Assembly: GCA_028534125.1 (NCBI GenBank)
Contig: CM052818.1
Span: 36,148,001-36,212,000, forward strand
Direction: 5' to 3'
Length of the DNA stretch: 64,000 nucleotides
Source: Lama glama
Taxonomy: Eukaryota
This document shows, in pieces, positions 26,504 to 40,589 of the stretch. Numbering within the stretch: position 1 is the stretch's first letter; each line of letters begins with the position of its first letter. The position numbers were made by a program, and so were the translations under genes. Under the pieces are notes generated by a model that made no database searches, had not been told where the DNA came from, and saw only the letters and a list, made by a program, of their open reading frames with translations.

Positions 26504-29500
26504 GACCCAATGTTGTCTTCCAGTGTGAAAGCACCCCAGAGACCCACTATCCAAGTTTGACTCTAGCGTGGAGGCAGGGCAGGCAGCCCTGATCAAATAT
26601 CTCCTACACAATTCATTAACTTCGTTCGAATGTTAGAGCCACTTGTGATTATTTCTTTGTGTTTCTAATTTACAGTTAAAACTTATTTGTAACAAGTTAA
26701 AGGATAGTGGGTCTTTGTGTGGCTTTCCCTGCTGTTCACTCTGGCATCCTTTAGCTTTTTTCTTCCTTTTTAATTTGGTAATTGTAGGTCATTAGCATGC
26801 ATATTGAGTTTGCCCTTAACATGGTGGGAGTTCGAACACACAAAGACCCACTATTTGCACAGACTATTCTCGCTGGTTTGGAATGGGCTGCCGTGCTTTT
26901 CTAATGTTATTGCAACATGTATATTCATTGCAGAATTCAGAATTGCTTATATTTTGCTGTTATGTTTGATCTAATCCTAATCACAGTGAGCTCTTAATTG
27001 GTTCAATATGCGATTTGTCCCCCAATAAACACTGTTTATTATTCTACTTTCTAATATGCCACTATGAGTACCAACATTTAAATTTTTTTAAGGCCAAGCA
27101 TTGGATATATCCTTTTCTCTGTTTACTGTGTAGTTTGGGGTGGGAGCAATAACACTTAGGGAGCTTTTGTTATTTCGTGGAAGAGGAAAGTTGCCTCCCC
27201 AGTGGTATTATGCAGAATGGGATGTATTTTATCTGTTTCAGTGGCCCAAGAATGAGCACTGTCCTGTGGGAGTTCCCTTGGGATCTCTGTGTGCTCTGGG
27301 CTCATGAAGATACTGCATCGTGTGCTGCAGTGGTTAGTTGTTGCTTCTTTATTGATGACCTAAAAATGGATTATTTTTGAGGAATGAAAGGCTCCCATCA
27401 TTGATCATGAGATATGAAACCTTCCCTATCTTAGACAGAGCATTTATGTCTATACATTTGAGAGTCAGAATTCATGTTACCTATTTTAATTAGGTGACTA
27501 CATGTCCAAGGTCACAAAAGGACACTGGTTGACATTCTTCTTAATATATTTGGTAAAGATCATGAGGAATCCTGAAGACTTTAAGTGCCCCTGAAGCAGG
27601 CATACAGACTCTGTCTAGTTGGGAGTAGATTCAAGTGAAGGAAAGATGTGTGAGGAGCATTCCTCTATGTCCGAGAAGCTGCTTTAAGGCTAGAGGATTG
27701 GTTTACCATCCATATTCTCTGGCTAATACCTATTCTTCAACCACATTGGCTACTTTGGCATAGGATTTTACTTCTTTTCCTTGAGTGGAAGACACTTTAA
27801 AGATAATAAACATTATTATAAACTAATAAATGTGAGAGTGCTTAGCTGAAACAAAAAAGAGTTTTAGTGGACAGTATTAAACTATATTTGAAAATCAATG
27901 AGAAGTTTATGCAATTTAAAATGTTTACAAACTGCAGTGCAATCTACTGTTTATGAATGTCCAAGTATTATCAGGAAAAGTGTACATACAGTCACAGAGT
28001 CTTTTTCCTCACAGAGTTCTTTAAGAAGAGTGAAATATGTTTTTATACCTCTGAGTTTAAGTTAGAGGCGTATTTTGTGCAATATTTAAGTTAATGTGCC
28101 TATACATTATGAAAGAGTGATTTCACTCATACTTTGCCCAAATCATAACTTTACAACACTTGAGAAAGAATCAACGGTTTTAGTTAGAACTTTGCAAAGT
28201 TCAGATGTCTGTGTTCCAGAATACTTCACGTCATTGGGCTATACAGTGGTGATATGTATGTGTGCTCCCTGAAGCAGGGATTTCTAGTTATTAGAACACC
28301 TCAATTTTTGGCATCTGGCATCATCATGATACTTTTATAAAATATGACATTAATAGGAAAGCAATAGTACCACTGTACAGGTGGCAGTCACTAAAGGGAA
28401 CAGCACAAAGATTGAGTCCTTGTGAATTCAGCTGATCTTCCAAATTGTATGGATAACTTGGTCTTTCCTTTTATTTTCTGAACTCACTGCTTTTGCACCC
28501 ATTAATTGGGTTCAGGTTAAAGGCAGTTACTTTAAATCCATTTTAAACCCTGAAGCTAGAAATTAGACCACTTAATTAGCTACATGATTTGGTACCATAT
28601 TTTCTCTTTATAATTTTGAATTTGGGCTTGTTTAGTACACTGATAAATTATTTCAAAGGTATTTTTATAGCTCAAAGTGCTTCACTTTTTCACTGATACA
28701 GATTATCAAGAATGACATTCAGATGGAGTTTAGCGTCTATAATCAATTTGAAAATAATATATTCATCAGGTACCTATGGACTAAATCACATAATGGCATA
28801 TTTAAGCTGAGTGTCTGTCTGGAAAATAAATTTACTGTATTTACAGAAATAATGTCTTTGTTTAGGTATTTTTGTCTATATTTGAGAGGAAGCTTAAAGT
28901 AAAGGAAATGGTATGACATAATATAACCTGTCCTTAAAAAGCATGCAGTCCTTTGCAATACCTCATATTCAGCCATGTATTTGCTCTCTTCCTTATTCAA
29001 TATGAGGCAGCTTTCAATTTGCTTAGAAAACCACATTAGAAGGAGTTTATCAGGAACGCAGAATTTTAGAATGGGAGCACAGCTGGATAAATCTGAACCC
29101 TGTAGCAGGTAAAGAATCAAAATACCTGTTTATTTTAAAATTACAACATGTGATAATCATTTTTAAAGTATGCGATTAAACTTGATGGGTTTTCCAGCAA
29201 AGAAAAAATCAGTTCTAAGACCAAAGCTGATTTTTTAAGAAAATTTGAAGATTTAAATTAACCCTACCTGTTGTATAGTTTCCTCTAAAACTTTATCTTA
29301 AGGAGTCATTTAAAAATAATAAAGCTATTAAAACAATGTAACAGCTCTTCTAGTGTTTTAAAATATAATATGAATACTGATAATTTAAAATAAAGACAGT
29401 AGGGGAAGGAAAAGTAGAGAAAGAAATGCCAAATCCACTCACTCCAAAGCTTTATTTGCCAGGTTTTCTTAGGATGAATTTTACCAAGTTATAAATTCTT

Positions 29501-29775
29501 GTAAATAGAAACTATAGTGGAAATGCTGAGAGACTTTTGCCTAAAGTGGCATTATTGGATGCTGCTGTGATGCTACTGTAATGTAATAAATTATTAAGTT
29601 GTTGCAGAATGCTGTTTTTTTGCCTTAAATTTTTATTTTGTGTCTTGAAAACTATAGTATTAAAGGTATTGAGATTGTGCAAATGCTGGGCACGCTTGGC
29701 ATGAAGTAATCCGTTTTTATTTTTACAAATTGTAATATAACTATGCAAGTGTGTTTATTAAAAGGGCACAAACTA
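26504..29775 (+). other. ITSN2: ITSN2 short-isoform terminal exon: completes stop T|GA, then long 3' UTR (3' end approximate)
   Basis: Strong polypyrimidine tract tttttctttttatag|GA; several AATAAA and a distal ATTAAA at 29757 followed by a GT/T-rich tract. Confidence 0.8.
29757..29762 (+). terminator. Candidate distal poly(A) signal of the ITSN2 short isoform (ATTAAA)
   Basis: ATTAAA followed about 20 nt later by ttgtattgtgtatttctttt; alternative AATAAA at 27024, 27805, 27825, 29318, 29389 and 29585. Confidence 0.55.
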
Positions 29776-30253
29776 CATTACTTGTATTGTGTATTTCTTT
29801 TGAAGCATCCTTTAAACCTTATTTTTAACTGTTTGTATGTAGTCCTGATTGAATTTCTTCAGAATTTCTCTTTTTCCTTAACATAGTCTCTGGGTACAGG
29901 ATAGCAAATTGTTTTTTAGCCCAGGGAACAAAAGAAATTTTTAAGTGGTAAAGGTTGAGATATTTTGATCCAAGATAGGTAAGCATATGTATCTCAAAAG
30001 CAAAATAAATTTTGATCTGAAAGTGAAAGAAAATATAACCTGGGCTAATAACAGACTGTAACGTTATTTATGATTTTTACTCCAACTTTTCCTCTAAAAT
30101 GACTGGAAGGAATTTACAGATTAATACTCACTGCAAATGTAGAATAAGACATTTTTAGTACAAAATAAGAGTCTATATATATATAGTAAAAGAAACTGTA
30201 GTGGCTGCTTGCGGGCATCAGAGTGAAGCAGAGTGTTAAGTAATCAAGTTGGT

Positions 30254-30753
30254 NNNNNNNNNNNNNNNNNNNNNNNNNNNNNNNNNNNNNNNNNNNNNNN
30301 NNNNNNNNNNNNNNNNNNNNNNNNNNNNNNNNNNNNNNNNNNNNNNNNNNNNNNNNNNNNNNNNNNNNNNNNNNNNNNNNNNNNNNNNNNNNNNNNNNNN
30401 NNNNNNNNNNNNNNNNNNNNNNNNNNNNNNNNNNNNNNNNNNNNNNNNNNNNNNNNNNNNNNNNNNNNNNNNNNNNNNNNNNNNNNNNNNNNNNNNNNNN
30501 NNNNNNNNNNNNNNNNNNNNNNNNNNNNNNNNNNNNNNNNNNNNNNNNNNNNNNNNNNNNNNNNNNNNNNNNNNNNNNNNNNNNNNNNNNNNNNNNNNNN
30601 NNNNNNNNNNNNNNNNNNNNNNNNNNNNNNNNNNNNNNNNNNNNNNNNNNNNNNNNNNNNNNNNNNNNNNNNNNNNNNNNNNNNNNNNNNNNNNNNNNNN
30701 NNNNNNNNNNNNNNNNNNNNNNNNNNNNNNNNNNNNNNNNNNNNNNNNNNNNN
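30254..30753. other. Assembly gap (500 N)
   Basis: Run of exactly 500 n. Confidence 1.
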
Positions 30754-30800
30754 CAGGGACACTGCAAGTTGAGGCTTGAGAGGCGGACGGAGGGCTAAAC

Positions 30801-30964
30801 CAGGGTTTCCCTGGCTTGGCTGCTCAGTGGAAGCACCTGGGGAGCTTTAAAACGCTGTTGATGCCTGAGTCCCGATTTAAATGGCCTGCAGTGCAGCCTG
30901 GGCGTGGGGATTTTTCAGAGCTTCCCAGATGATTCTGATATGAAGCCAAGGTGGAGAAAAAGTG
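30801..30964. mobile_element. MER5A-like hAT MITE
   Basis: gaagcacctggggagctttaaaa...cttcccagatgattctgatatgaagccaaggtggagaa. Confidence 0.65.
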
Positions 30965-31914
30965 ATGAGACAGAGTTAAGAATTATTTCTGAGGGGAAAT
31001 TGGCAGGAGCTGGGAATTATTGGGATGTGTGGGCAGGTGAGGGATCAGTTTGATTCCCAGGTTTGTGTCCTGGGGACAGGGTGGAATCATGATGCCACCA
31101 GCTGCAGTGAAGAATCAGAGTTGGGGGAAGAAGATGAGTGCAGTTTTGACTACAGAGCACCTGTGGGACATCCAGACAGACTCGTCTAGTGGGTAGTCAG
31201 ATATAATTAGGATACACAGCATCAGATGGACATCAGCTGGTGGCATGAATGCATATTGATGGCTTTTAAGCCAGTGAGAGTAAATGAGATGACTTGGGAG
31301 AACATCAGACCTTTGAGAGTATCAGCAGTAAAGTGTTGGGGAGTGAAGGGAACCCGTGAAGACAGGAAACAAAGGTTCTAGGAGGAGAAAGATCATTGTG
31401 CTATTATTGCCACCATTTTAATAAAATAATGAAGTTATAGCTGTAAAACCATCTCTCATGCCAGTAAAAAAAAAGATGAAAAGTGCTCTTTATTGAGTAC
31501 TTATTGATCTGGATACCTTTCTAAGGTCCTCAGATACATTACCTCATTATTATTTTCTTTTTATAGGTATAGAAGTTAGAACAGGGCTTAAGTAGCTTGT
31601 TCAGGGTTACACAGATAGTGGTAGAGCTGGGTTCAAACCCAAGTGGTCCGGCTCCAGAATCTATGCTCTTAACCTCTACACTGGAGTTCTAATATCGCCA
31701 CCATTTTCATAATAATGAAGTTCCTGCAGTACAACTACCATTGAACCAATGAAAAGACAAAGAGGAAAAATCAGATGCTGCACAGTGTTTTCTGTATGTA
31801 GAAAGTATACACTGAGAAGACATAAGGAGGCAAGGACTGAAAATAATAAACAAGGACAAGAATCTCTAGGAAGAGTATCCAAAAGGTTAAAGCTGAACAG
31901 AATCACTTTTTTTG

Positions 31915-32740
31915 GTAACAGCCTTATTGACATAATTTAAATTCCACACAGTTCCCCCAAGTATACAATTCCGTGCTTTTTAGTGTATTCAGAGTTATAC
32001 AAGCATTACCACAATCAATTATAGAACATTTTCTTCTCCTCAAAAAGAAACCCTGTACCCATTAGTTACACCCTCCTATCTTCCTATGCACCCTGCATCC
32101 CCCACAGCCCTAGGCAACCACTAATCTATGTTCTGTCTCCCAGCCTGTTCTGGACATTCATAAATGTGTGAGATTTTTGTGATTGGCTTATTTCACTTAG
32201 CACAATGTTTTCAAGGTACATTATGCTGTAGCATGTTATCAGTACTTTATTCCTTTTATGGCCAAATAATATTCCATTGTATGGATAGATCACATTTTAT
32301 TTATCCATTTATTAATTGACGGACGTTTTGGTTTCCACTTTTTGGCTATCATGAATAATGCTGCTAGGTACATTTGCATACAAGTTCTGTGTGAACATAT
32401 ATCTTCATTTCTCTTGGGTATATACCTAGGAATGAAAATGCTGGATCAAGTGTTTAACTTTCTGGGGAACTGCCAGACTGTTTTCCAAAGTGGCTGTACC
32501 ATTTTATATCCCAACCAGTCATGTGCAGGGGTCTCTGTTTCTCCACATTCTCACCAGCACTTGTTATTATCTGACTTTTTGTTAAAGCCATCCTTGTGGG
32601 TATGAATTGACAGCTTGTGGCTTTGATTTACATCTCCTCCATGACTAATGATGTTGAGCATCTTTTCATGTGCTTGTGGACCATCTGTACATCTTCTTTG
32701 GAGAAATATATATTCAGATCCTTTGCCTATTTTAAAAGTA
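31915..32740 (-). mobile_element. L1MB-like 3' region
   Basis: Antisense L1M 3' UTR and ORF2 end (ggcaaccactaatcta, tgccagactgttttccaaagtggctgtacc, gactaatgatgttgagcatcttttcatgtgc). Confidence 0.8.
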
Positions 32741-34169
32741 ATTTCTCTTCATAATCACTTTTAACTCAAACAGGAACAACAAGTTATGAAAGATGTGCTT
32801 GAGATGTCTTAATGCTGTTGTCAAAGGCAAAATCACTTAGAGTGATACAATCAAAAAGGGATAAAATGAGTGTAGTGGGAAGTCCAGTGGGAGGGCTGCT
32901 TTGAGTTGTGGCTCTTTGAGCTCACCCCTGTGAGCCTTAGTCTCATCTGTATGATAAAGATAGATAACTGTATTACAGATGAGACTTAAGAGATTTATGA
33001 AACACTAGTTAAGTGTCTGACACACAGATACTAGAAATAACAGTTAACATTTACTAAGCACTTGCTGTGTACTAAGTGATGGGCTAAACATTTGGGCGTG
33101 TGTCTGGGTTAGTGAGTGATGGAGTTAGAACTTGAGTCCAGATCTGACTCCCAAGCTCATGTTCTTAGTTGCTGTTACTGTAAATCACAAAAGTAGAACA
33201 GTCATTTAAATTCCAAGATGAGAGAAAAAGAGAGGTAACTGCTTTAAATGAATTCAGGCTGGGTACTGGGAGGACCTGCTACTGGGGTCCCTGTGTCACC
33301 AGTGTCATCTGTTAACCACCATGAAATCAGAGTCAGGCAGTGCTATAGTATTAGTGTGTCTTAAACTTAGCAGTTTGGGGTATAGTATCCAATTATGCAA
33401 TCATAAACAAGTTGGAAAATATAGGTTGTATAATCATACCATCAGGGAAAAGTAGAGGTGTAGCAGTCTGTTTAGTAATACTGAGAAAAAAACATACATG
33501 CATATGATAGCCCTGTTGCCCCAAGTCGGTACTGTAGTGATGGGCGTACGGATACAGAGTGCTAAAAGACAGAAAATGCACCCAGTTTGATCATCTGGAT
33601 TTACTGTTAAAATCTCGTCTCTTCACTGAGCTTAAACCCAGTGAGACTGAAAGCCATTATGTGATACTCTGGCCGCTTAACTTGGGCACACAGAGAATAG
33701 CATTGTTCTGTGGTGTTGCTCTCCTCAGAATGGCAAGGACCTTTCTGGGACTTGACGACATAATCTGAACAAGCCCTCTTTGTATCAGTCATCACAAATT
33801 GTCTTTTGTCCTTCACCTTTTGGAACCTTCGAAGATCTCTCTCCTCTCCTTTCTAAGCTATCTTGTTTGCTTGCTTGCACTGTAATTATAACAGTGAGAC
33901 ACAGTTTTCATAACTGTTACTCATTAGTCATAATTTGGCTCTCAATCTCCACGTCCTAACACAAGTGTGGGGGGTCTTGTGGCTCAGCCCACCACCAATT
34001 ATTCCTCCAGAAACTTTGACCTGCTAGTAGACATGATCTCTCACTTTTCCACCTTCCCATTCTTCCTGACTACCAGGAAAAACTTACTAGAAAGTTTCCG
34101 TCATTCTCTCTGACCACCTATGGCTAATATTGATGTACTGTCTCCTGCAGCTCAGAGTTTATCTTCACA

Positions 34170-35430
34170 TCCCATTCTATAAATACTTGTTAAAGACCTA
34201 GTGTATGTCAGACACTAGGGACATAGCAGATTATAAAATAGACAAAAATTCCTGCCTTCTTGGAGCTGACATTTGAGGAAGGTAGGACAGAAAACAAAAC
34301 GAATAAATATGTAGTGTCTTAGTAAAATAAAGCAGATTAGGGAAAGAAAGTGCTGGATAGGGAGAGGCGGATCCAGAGGAATTCCAGTTTCAAACAAGCT
34401 ACTCAGATAAAGCTGCTCTGAAATGGTGGCATGTGAGCAAAGACTTGAAGGACATGAGGGATATCTAGGGGAAGCCATGGGATACCTGGAAGATCATTGT
34501 AGGCAAAGGAAACAGCACGTGCAACATGCAAGGAGCATGCCTGTAATCTTTGAGGAACAGCACGGGGGCCAGTGTGGCTAGAATGAGGGAGGAGCAAAAG
34601 GAGGAGGAAGTAAGGACAGAGGGGTATCCAGAGAGGCGGGGGAGACTGCTTCGTTTCCTGTGGGCTGATTGTAAAACCTCCTTTTGCTCAGAGTGAGAAG
34701 AACCCATTGAAGGGTTTTGGTCAAAGGAGGGACATGATCTGGTATGTATTAACAGGATAGCTCTGACTTGTTAGATTCAAGTAGGGGTTGTGAGGAGAGA
34801 GGTGAGAGGTAAGATACCTATTAGGAGCTGTAGTTCAGCAGTCCAGGTGAAAGATGGTGGTGGCTTGGATCAGAATGACAGTGGTGGATGAGGTGAGAAG
34901 TGGTCAGATTATGGGTACGTTTTGAAGATAGAGCCACAGGTAGACTAAATGTAGGATGTGAGAAGAAGAAAAATATCAAGGATGTCTCCAAAGGTCTCAG
35001 CTTGAGCAGCCAGAGAGGTGAAACTGCCATTAACCGAGCTGAAACATAATGAAATAGAAACAAGATTAGGAGTTTGGTTATAGATATCTTACCATCAGTC
35101 ACCTTTGAGATATCCAGTGCAGACACTGGGAGGCAGTGGAACATGTGGTGGTATTCAGAGCAGCTGTTCAGGCCAGAGTATAAATTTGGGAGTTATCTAA
35201 AGTCATGAGACTGGACGAGATCACCAAGAGAAGAGCTCCAAGGACTAAGCCTTAGGGTTCCAAAGTTAAGTCTGGGGAGATGAGGAAGAACCAGAGAAGG
35301 AGACTGAGAAGGACTGACCAGTGAGGGAGGAGGATATGAGGTGAGGTGGTGACCTAGAAGCCAAGTGAAAAAGGATTTTAAAGAGGAGGGGGTAATCAGC
35401 TGTCACAAATGCTAGTGATCAGTCAAGTAA
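34170..35430 (-). mobile_element. L2 LINE relic
   Basis: Typical antisense L2 motifs (ggccagtgtggctagaatgag, gagaagtggtcagattatggg, gtggtgacctagaagccaagtgaa). Confidence 0.7.
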
Positions 35431-35537
35431 AATGGGGTACCTTTTGCTAAAGAAGGAAGCTACCTGGGGCTTTTAGGAAGCTCTTAAATTAAAACATTTG
35501 AAAATAATTTTAATGTATAATTTTCCAGTTATATTCA

Positions 35538-36026
35538 TTTATTTTTTTAATTTATTTTTTATTGAACTACAGTCAGCTACAATATGTCAGTTTCTAGTGT
35601 ACAGCACAATGTCTCAGTCATATATATATACATACATACGTTCGCTTTCATATTCTTTTCCATTAAAGGTTATTACAAGCTATTGAATATAGTTCCCTAT
35701 GCTATACAGAAGAAACTTGTTTTTTTTTAATCTATCTTTATATATAGCGGCTAACATTTGCAAATCTCAAACTCCAAAATTTATCCCTCCCACTCCCTTT
35801 CCCCCAGTAACCATAAGATTGTTTACTATGTCTGTGAGTCTGTTTCTATTTTGGGGATGAGTTCATTAGTGTCTTCTTTTTCTCTTTTTTTTAGGTTTCA
35901 CATATGAGTGATATCATATGGTATTTTTCTTTCTCTTTCTGGCTTACTTCACTTAGAATGATGATCTCTAGGTCCATCCATGTTGCTGCAAATGGCATTA
36001 TTTTATTCTTTTTCATGGCTGAGTAG
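35538..36026 (-). mobile_element. Lineage L1 3' end, 5'-truncated, with perfect 14-nt TSD
   Basis: TSD tccagttatattca at 35524-35537 and 36027-36040; T tail; atctctaggtccatccatgttgctgcaaatggc. Confidence 0.85.
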
Positions 36027-38686
36027 TCCAGTTATATTCAGCTAATGTTTTTACATAGTAATATAGACTCTTTGGTATTTCTTGAAGTTAATTCTATGGG
36101 TGCTTTAAAAGAATGTGTATTCTCTTGTTTATATGTTCATTACAGAAGGCCTGTTAATAGTGTTCAAATCTTTCATATTCTTACTAATTTTCATTGAGTT
36201 ATATTAAAATCTACCACTTCACTTATAAATTTATTAATTTTTCTTTTTTCTATATTTTTTGCAGGAGGTAATTCTGTCACTTTTTTATTTTACACTTTGA
36301 GGCTCTTCTGTTATTTGTAAACAATATAAGAATTATATTTTCACGAATAGTTTATGATACCGTCTTTTACAGATCCTTGAAGGCCTAATTTGTCTATTGC
36401 TAATAAATCCCCCCCAACTGCTCTTTTATACTTCGCATTTGTATAGTTTTTTCCAGTCCTTTACTTCTAATATATCTATAGCCTTATGTATCAGGGGTCT
36501 TTATAAACAGCATCTAGCTGAATTTTTTTTTTGCCCAATCTAGAATCTTTCTTTTAACTGACTGATTTAAGATCCATTTAAGCCATTTACATTTATTGAA
36601 ACTACTTAAGACTTTTCTTTATATCTATCCTATTCAATATTTTCTATTTACCATGCATTTTCTTTGCTTCTTTTAAAAAAATTCACACTGAATTTATCCC
36701 ATCAACTTAGTCATTATTATTATTATTTTATACTGTCAATAATTTTTTCACACAATTACTAGTATTTTCCTCATCATTCCTTTCTCTCTTTTTTTTTCTA
36801 CTACTTAACATCTCTTTTTTTTCCTTTTTATTCAGTTTCTTTTCTTCCCAAAGTACGTCTCTTAGTGAGTCTTTTAGTCACATCTATTAAGTGGTAAATG
36901 CTCTCAAACTTTGCCTGAAAATGCCTGTATTTCTCCCTCCATTTCTCCATGAACAATAGCAGGATTAGAGGTCTACTCTGATAGTTATTTTTCCTCAACA
37001 GCTACTGCTGTTGGTTGAGTTGTGTATAGCCAGTCTGATTGCTGTGTAATGTAGTTAATTCTGCTTTTTTCCTTCTATTTTAACTTTTTTTTTTCTCCTT
37101 GGTGTTTTGCAGTCTAGGTATAAATTTATTTTACTTTTTCCCTAATCAGGAGTCATTGTTCATCCTGCATCTGTAGAGTTGTATGTTTCATCAATTCTAA
37201 AAAATTCTCAGTCATTATAATCTCAATGTTACTTCTTCCCGTCCTTTCTATTCTCCCCTCCTAGACTCCTGTTAGATGTACGTTGGACCTTGTCATTCCA
37301 TCCTCCATATCTTTTAACCTTCATTTTGTGTTTTCCGTCTTTCGGTCTTTCTAGGCTGCATCCTAAGTAATTTCTTCGGCTTTGTTTTCAGATTTACTAA
37401 TTGTTCCCTTAGATGTGTTTGATCTGCCATTTCATCTATTAATTTATTATTTCCATGATAACATTTACTTTTTCATTTGTTTCTTTTTCAAATCTCCCTG
37501 TCAGTTTTTGTAGATTCTGCTTAGGACTTCAAGTTCTTTATATATGTCTTGAGTTATTTTAAATATAAATGTTTTACATCTCCTTTTGTTCTGTATTTTG
37601 TTCTCTTATGTTCTTGGGGTTCTAATCCTCATTTTTTAATGAATAGTGGATCATTCCTTGTTTTTGGTAATTTTTTACTTTGAACTCACCTTTAGTGAGA
37701 CTTGGTTTTTCTGTGGAAATCCTGTGGAACCAAGATTGTGAGAGTGACCCTACAGACCAGTTGTACATTTTCTTTGGCCAAGCACCTTGAAGGTATCACC
37801 AGCCAGGGACCCATTTTTGTAATAATTCATTTGTTCAGGGATTTTTTGAACTCCAAATTTCTGTGAGATGCAGCCCCAGCAATTCTATTCTTTACCCAGC
37901 AAGCACTAAAAAGCTTTCTCGTCATCTCACTGCTCTGGCAGTAAGATTCTTTTCCTAATTCACCCTGTAGTGTTCAGCCTCCCGCCGGAGCCTCCACTCA
38001 TTAGCCAAACCCAGGCATAAGTCAACTAAGAAAAGGTTTACAAAAGTACCCTTTGGGGTTGGCCTCCTTGCAGTATGGAGCAGAGCAGGAGAAAGGTGAG
38101 AAATGGTTCTGGGGACAACACAGTAGTCTTCCATTTGACAAATATTTCCTGACCTCCTTGGTCAAAACACTGTTCAGTTTGATGTTATAGACTGGGTTGG
38201 ACACAGTCCCTAACCTCCACAGGGAGAGGTGGACATACTGACGCGATACAGATGAACTACAATACCAGTTACATTATGTGAAGTATTAAAATACAGATGC
38301 ACACCGGAACCATGGCAGCACAGAGGAGAGGGATTCTGGGAGTGAGTGAAACAGGGGATTGGAAAGGTTTCCCCAGAGCAGGATCATGTGAGCAGCACCT
38401 TGAAGCGGTAGTGAGATGGCCTCTGTGCAGAGAAGGGCCATGGACAGAGGAAATGACGAGAACGGGAACAGCCAAGCTGCGAACAGAGAGTGTAGCACCG
38501 CGTGAGGACTGAGCCCAGGCCAGGATGGCTAACAAGGTGGGCTGCACAGGCAAAGGCAGGCTACTGCTGGATTATAGAGTCTCTGGAGCCCTGTGCTACC
38601 AAGCTAGGACTTCATTCTGCAAAAATCAGGAGTCACTGAACATTTTGTCAGGGAAAGAACATAGTAAAAAACATAGCGGCAGGCCG

Positions 38687-39030
38687 GAGCTGTTCAGTAT
38701 AAATACAGCGTAAGTCCCAAATACAACCCCATATGTAATTTAAAATTTTCCAGCAGCCACAGTTTAAAAAGTAAAAAGAAACAGATGGAATTCATTTTAA
38801 TAATTTTTTTTTACTTAACCAGCATTATCCAGAATGTTATCCTTTCCAGTATGTAATCAGTATAATAATTTTTATACTGATGTCTTATTTTACATTCTGG
38901 GCTTTTTGTATGAGGTCTTTGAAATCCAGTGTGTATTTGACACTTACCGTACTTCTCTGTTTGGACTAGTCACGGTTTCAGTGCTCAGTAGTCACAATGT
39001 TGCTCATGGCTACCAGATTGGATGGGGCAG
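38687..39030. mobile_element. MER33-like hAT-Charlie MITE
   Basis: atatgtaatttaaaattttccagcagccac...gaaatccagtgtgtatttgacactta...tggctaccagattgga. Confidence 0.75.
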
Positions 39031-40589
39031 GTGTAGAGAATGGCAAAGGGGTGTATTCTATCCACAATCCCTAATTCCTCAGTTCTCAAAAGATTCACTT
39101 TCCCTCCCCTTAAAACAGAGGGTTCTTTGATCAAGTAAGCATTGGGAACTCTGGGTTCACGCAAATGAAATGTTTCTCTAGAGCAGGGTTTCTCAGGGCC
39201 TAGTATGCTGGGGTGCCTTGTGACCCTACCAGACAAATGCAGTCTGCAGCATTGTCCAAATTCATTTGACCTTGCAGGTCAGGAATGCCAGGAACACATT
39301 TTACATTTGCTGGATTATGGGGAGCAGAGAGCCTGAGGGCAGGCAGAGGAAGAAATGCAGAAGGGAACATCAGGAAGAGGAGAGGGACAAATGCCAAGTG
39401 TTGGAAGAAGCGGCTCATCAGAAGTGCCAGAGCCGCGGCAGGTGCAGGAGGATGCAAGCTCCGGAGGGGTCGCTGATTTGGCAATGCCAGGGTCCTCACT
39501 ACCTTCACAAAAGCAGTGTCAGTGCAGTGGTGGGACAGAACCAGTGTGCCCTAAGTTGGAGAAGTGACAGGGAGAGCTGGGGGTGGGGGTGCATGAGTGT
39601 CAGACCTCTCTAGAGACACCAGAGATGGGATGTTTGAGGAGGGAGCAGGGTTGAAGGAAGGGTATTTGTTTGTTTTAAATATTGGGTAGGAGGGACACAT
39701 AGCTATGTTCATAGTGAAGGAGCTAGTGAAGCCTGAAAGTGAAAGTGTGAAGAGCAGGGAAGGGTCCTGCAAGAGAGGGAGGGTTGGGGATGCTGATTTG
39801 AGGAAGAAGTAGGATCCCCTCACCAGTTCTTTGTTCTGGGGGTCAAGGCAGTGGTCCTGCTGGGAACTGCTGGGTCCTGGGGACTTGAGGTTTCCTGACT
39901 GGGCACTTTATTTTAAGAAATCTAGAGAAATGTTTCTCAGATATTTTTTAAACAGGGGCTCACAGTAGGAGATACATTCTACATCCTCAAATACATACCT
40001 AACTAAAAATTTTCACAGAACAATACTTACCAATTCTGTGTACATGATGGTTTCTTTCTTTATTTGCTTTGTTTTTTTCCTTTTTTTAAATTAAAGTATA
40101 TTTGATTTACAATATTTTATTTTGCTTTTAACACTGGGCCTAACCAGCGTTTTTTAAAATCTCAACTGATATAATGACCCATGGATAGCTCATGCCCGGC
40201 AGTATGGAAAACACTGGTCTCAAGCATTTGATGCACTTAATCGTTACGATACTCTGGAAACGTCTTGAGATGATGATAGTGTAGGTTCTTCACAAGCTCC
40301 GCAGAGTTCAGATCTGTAAGGCCATTTCGGGAAATCCTTCCTTCTGTCATTACATATTTGGAAAAGAAATTCGGACCCCATTGAGCTGTGCCAGGCGTTG
40401 CTCGTTTGCGGCCAGTGGTTAAGCCGGCTTCCGCAGGTGCACGCTGCTCCAGAAGCCCCAGTGCCCTTCCAGAGGCCACGAGGGTCTTCCCGGGGAACTT
40501 TTGAAGACCCAGCACATCTGCTGATAGAAGTCTGTTTCCTCCAAGGAGGAGAAACTAGCATTTTGAAAGTCTACCCTGTTTTTCCACAG

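Noticed and set aside
30114..30779. Four long ORFs of 172-217 aa
   Set aside because: Artefacts of translating the N gap.
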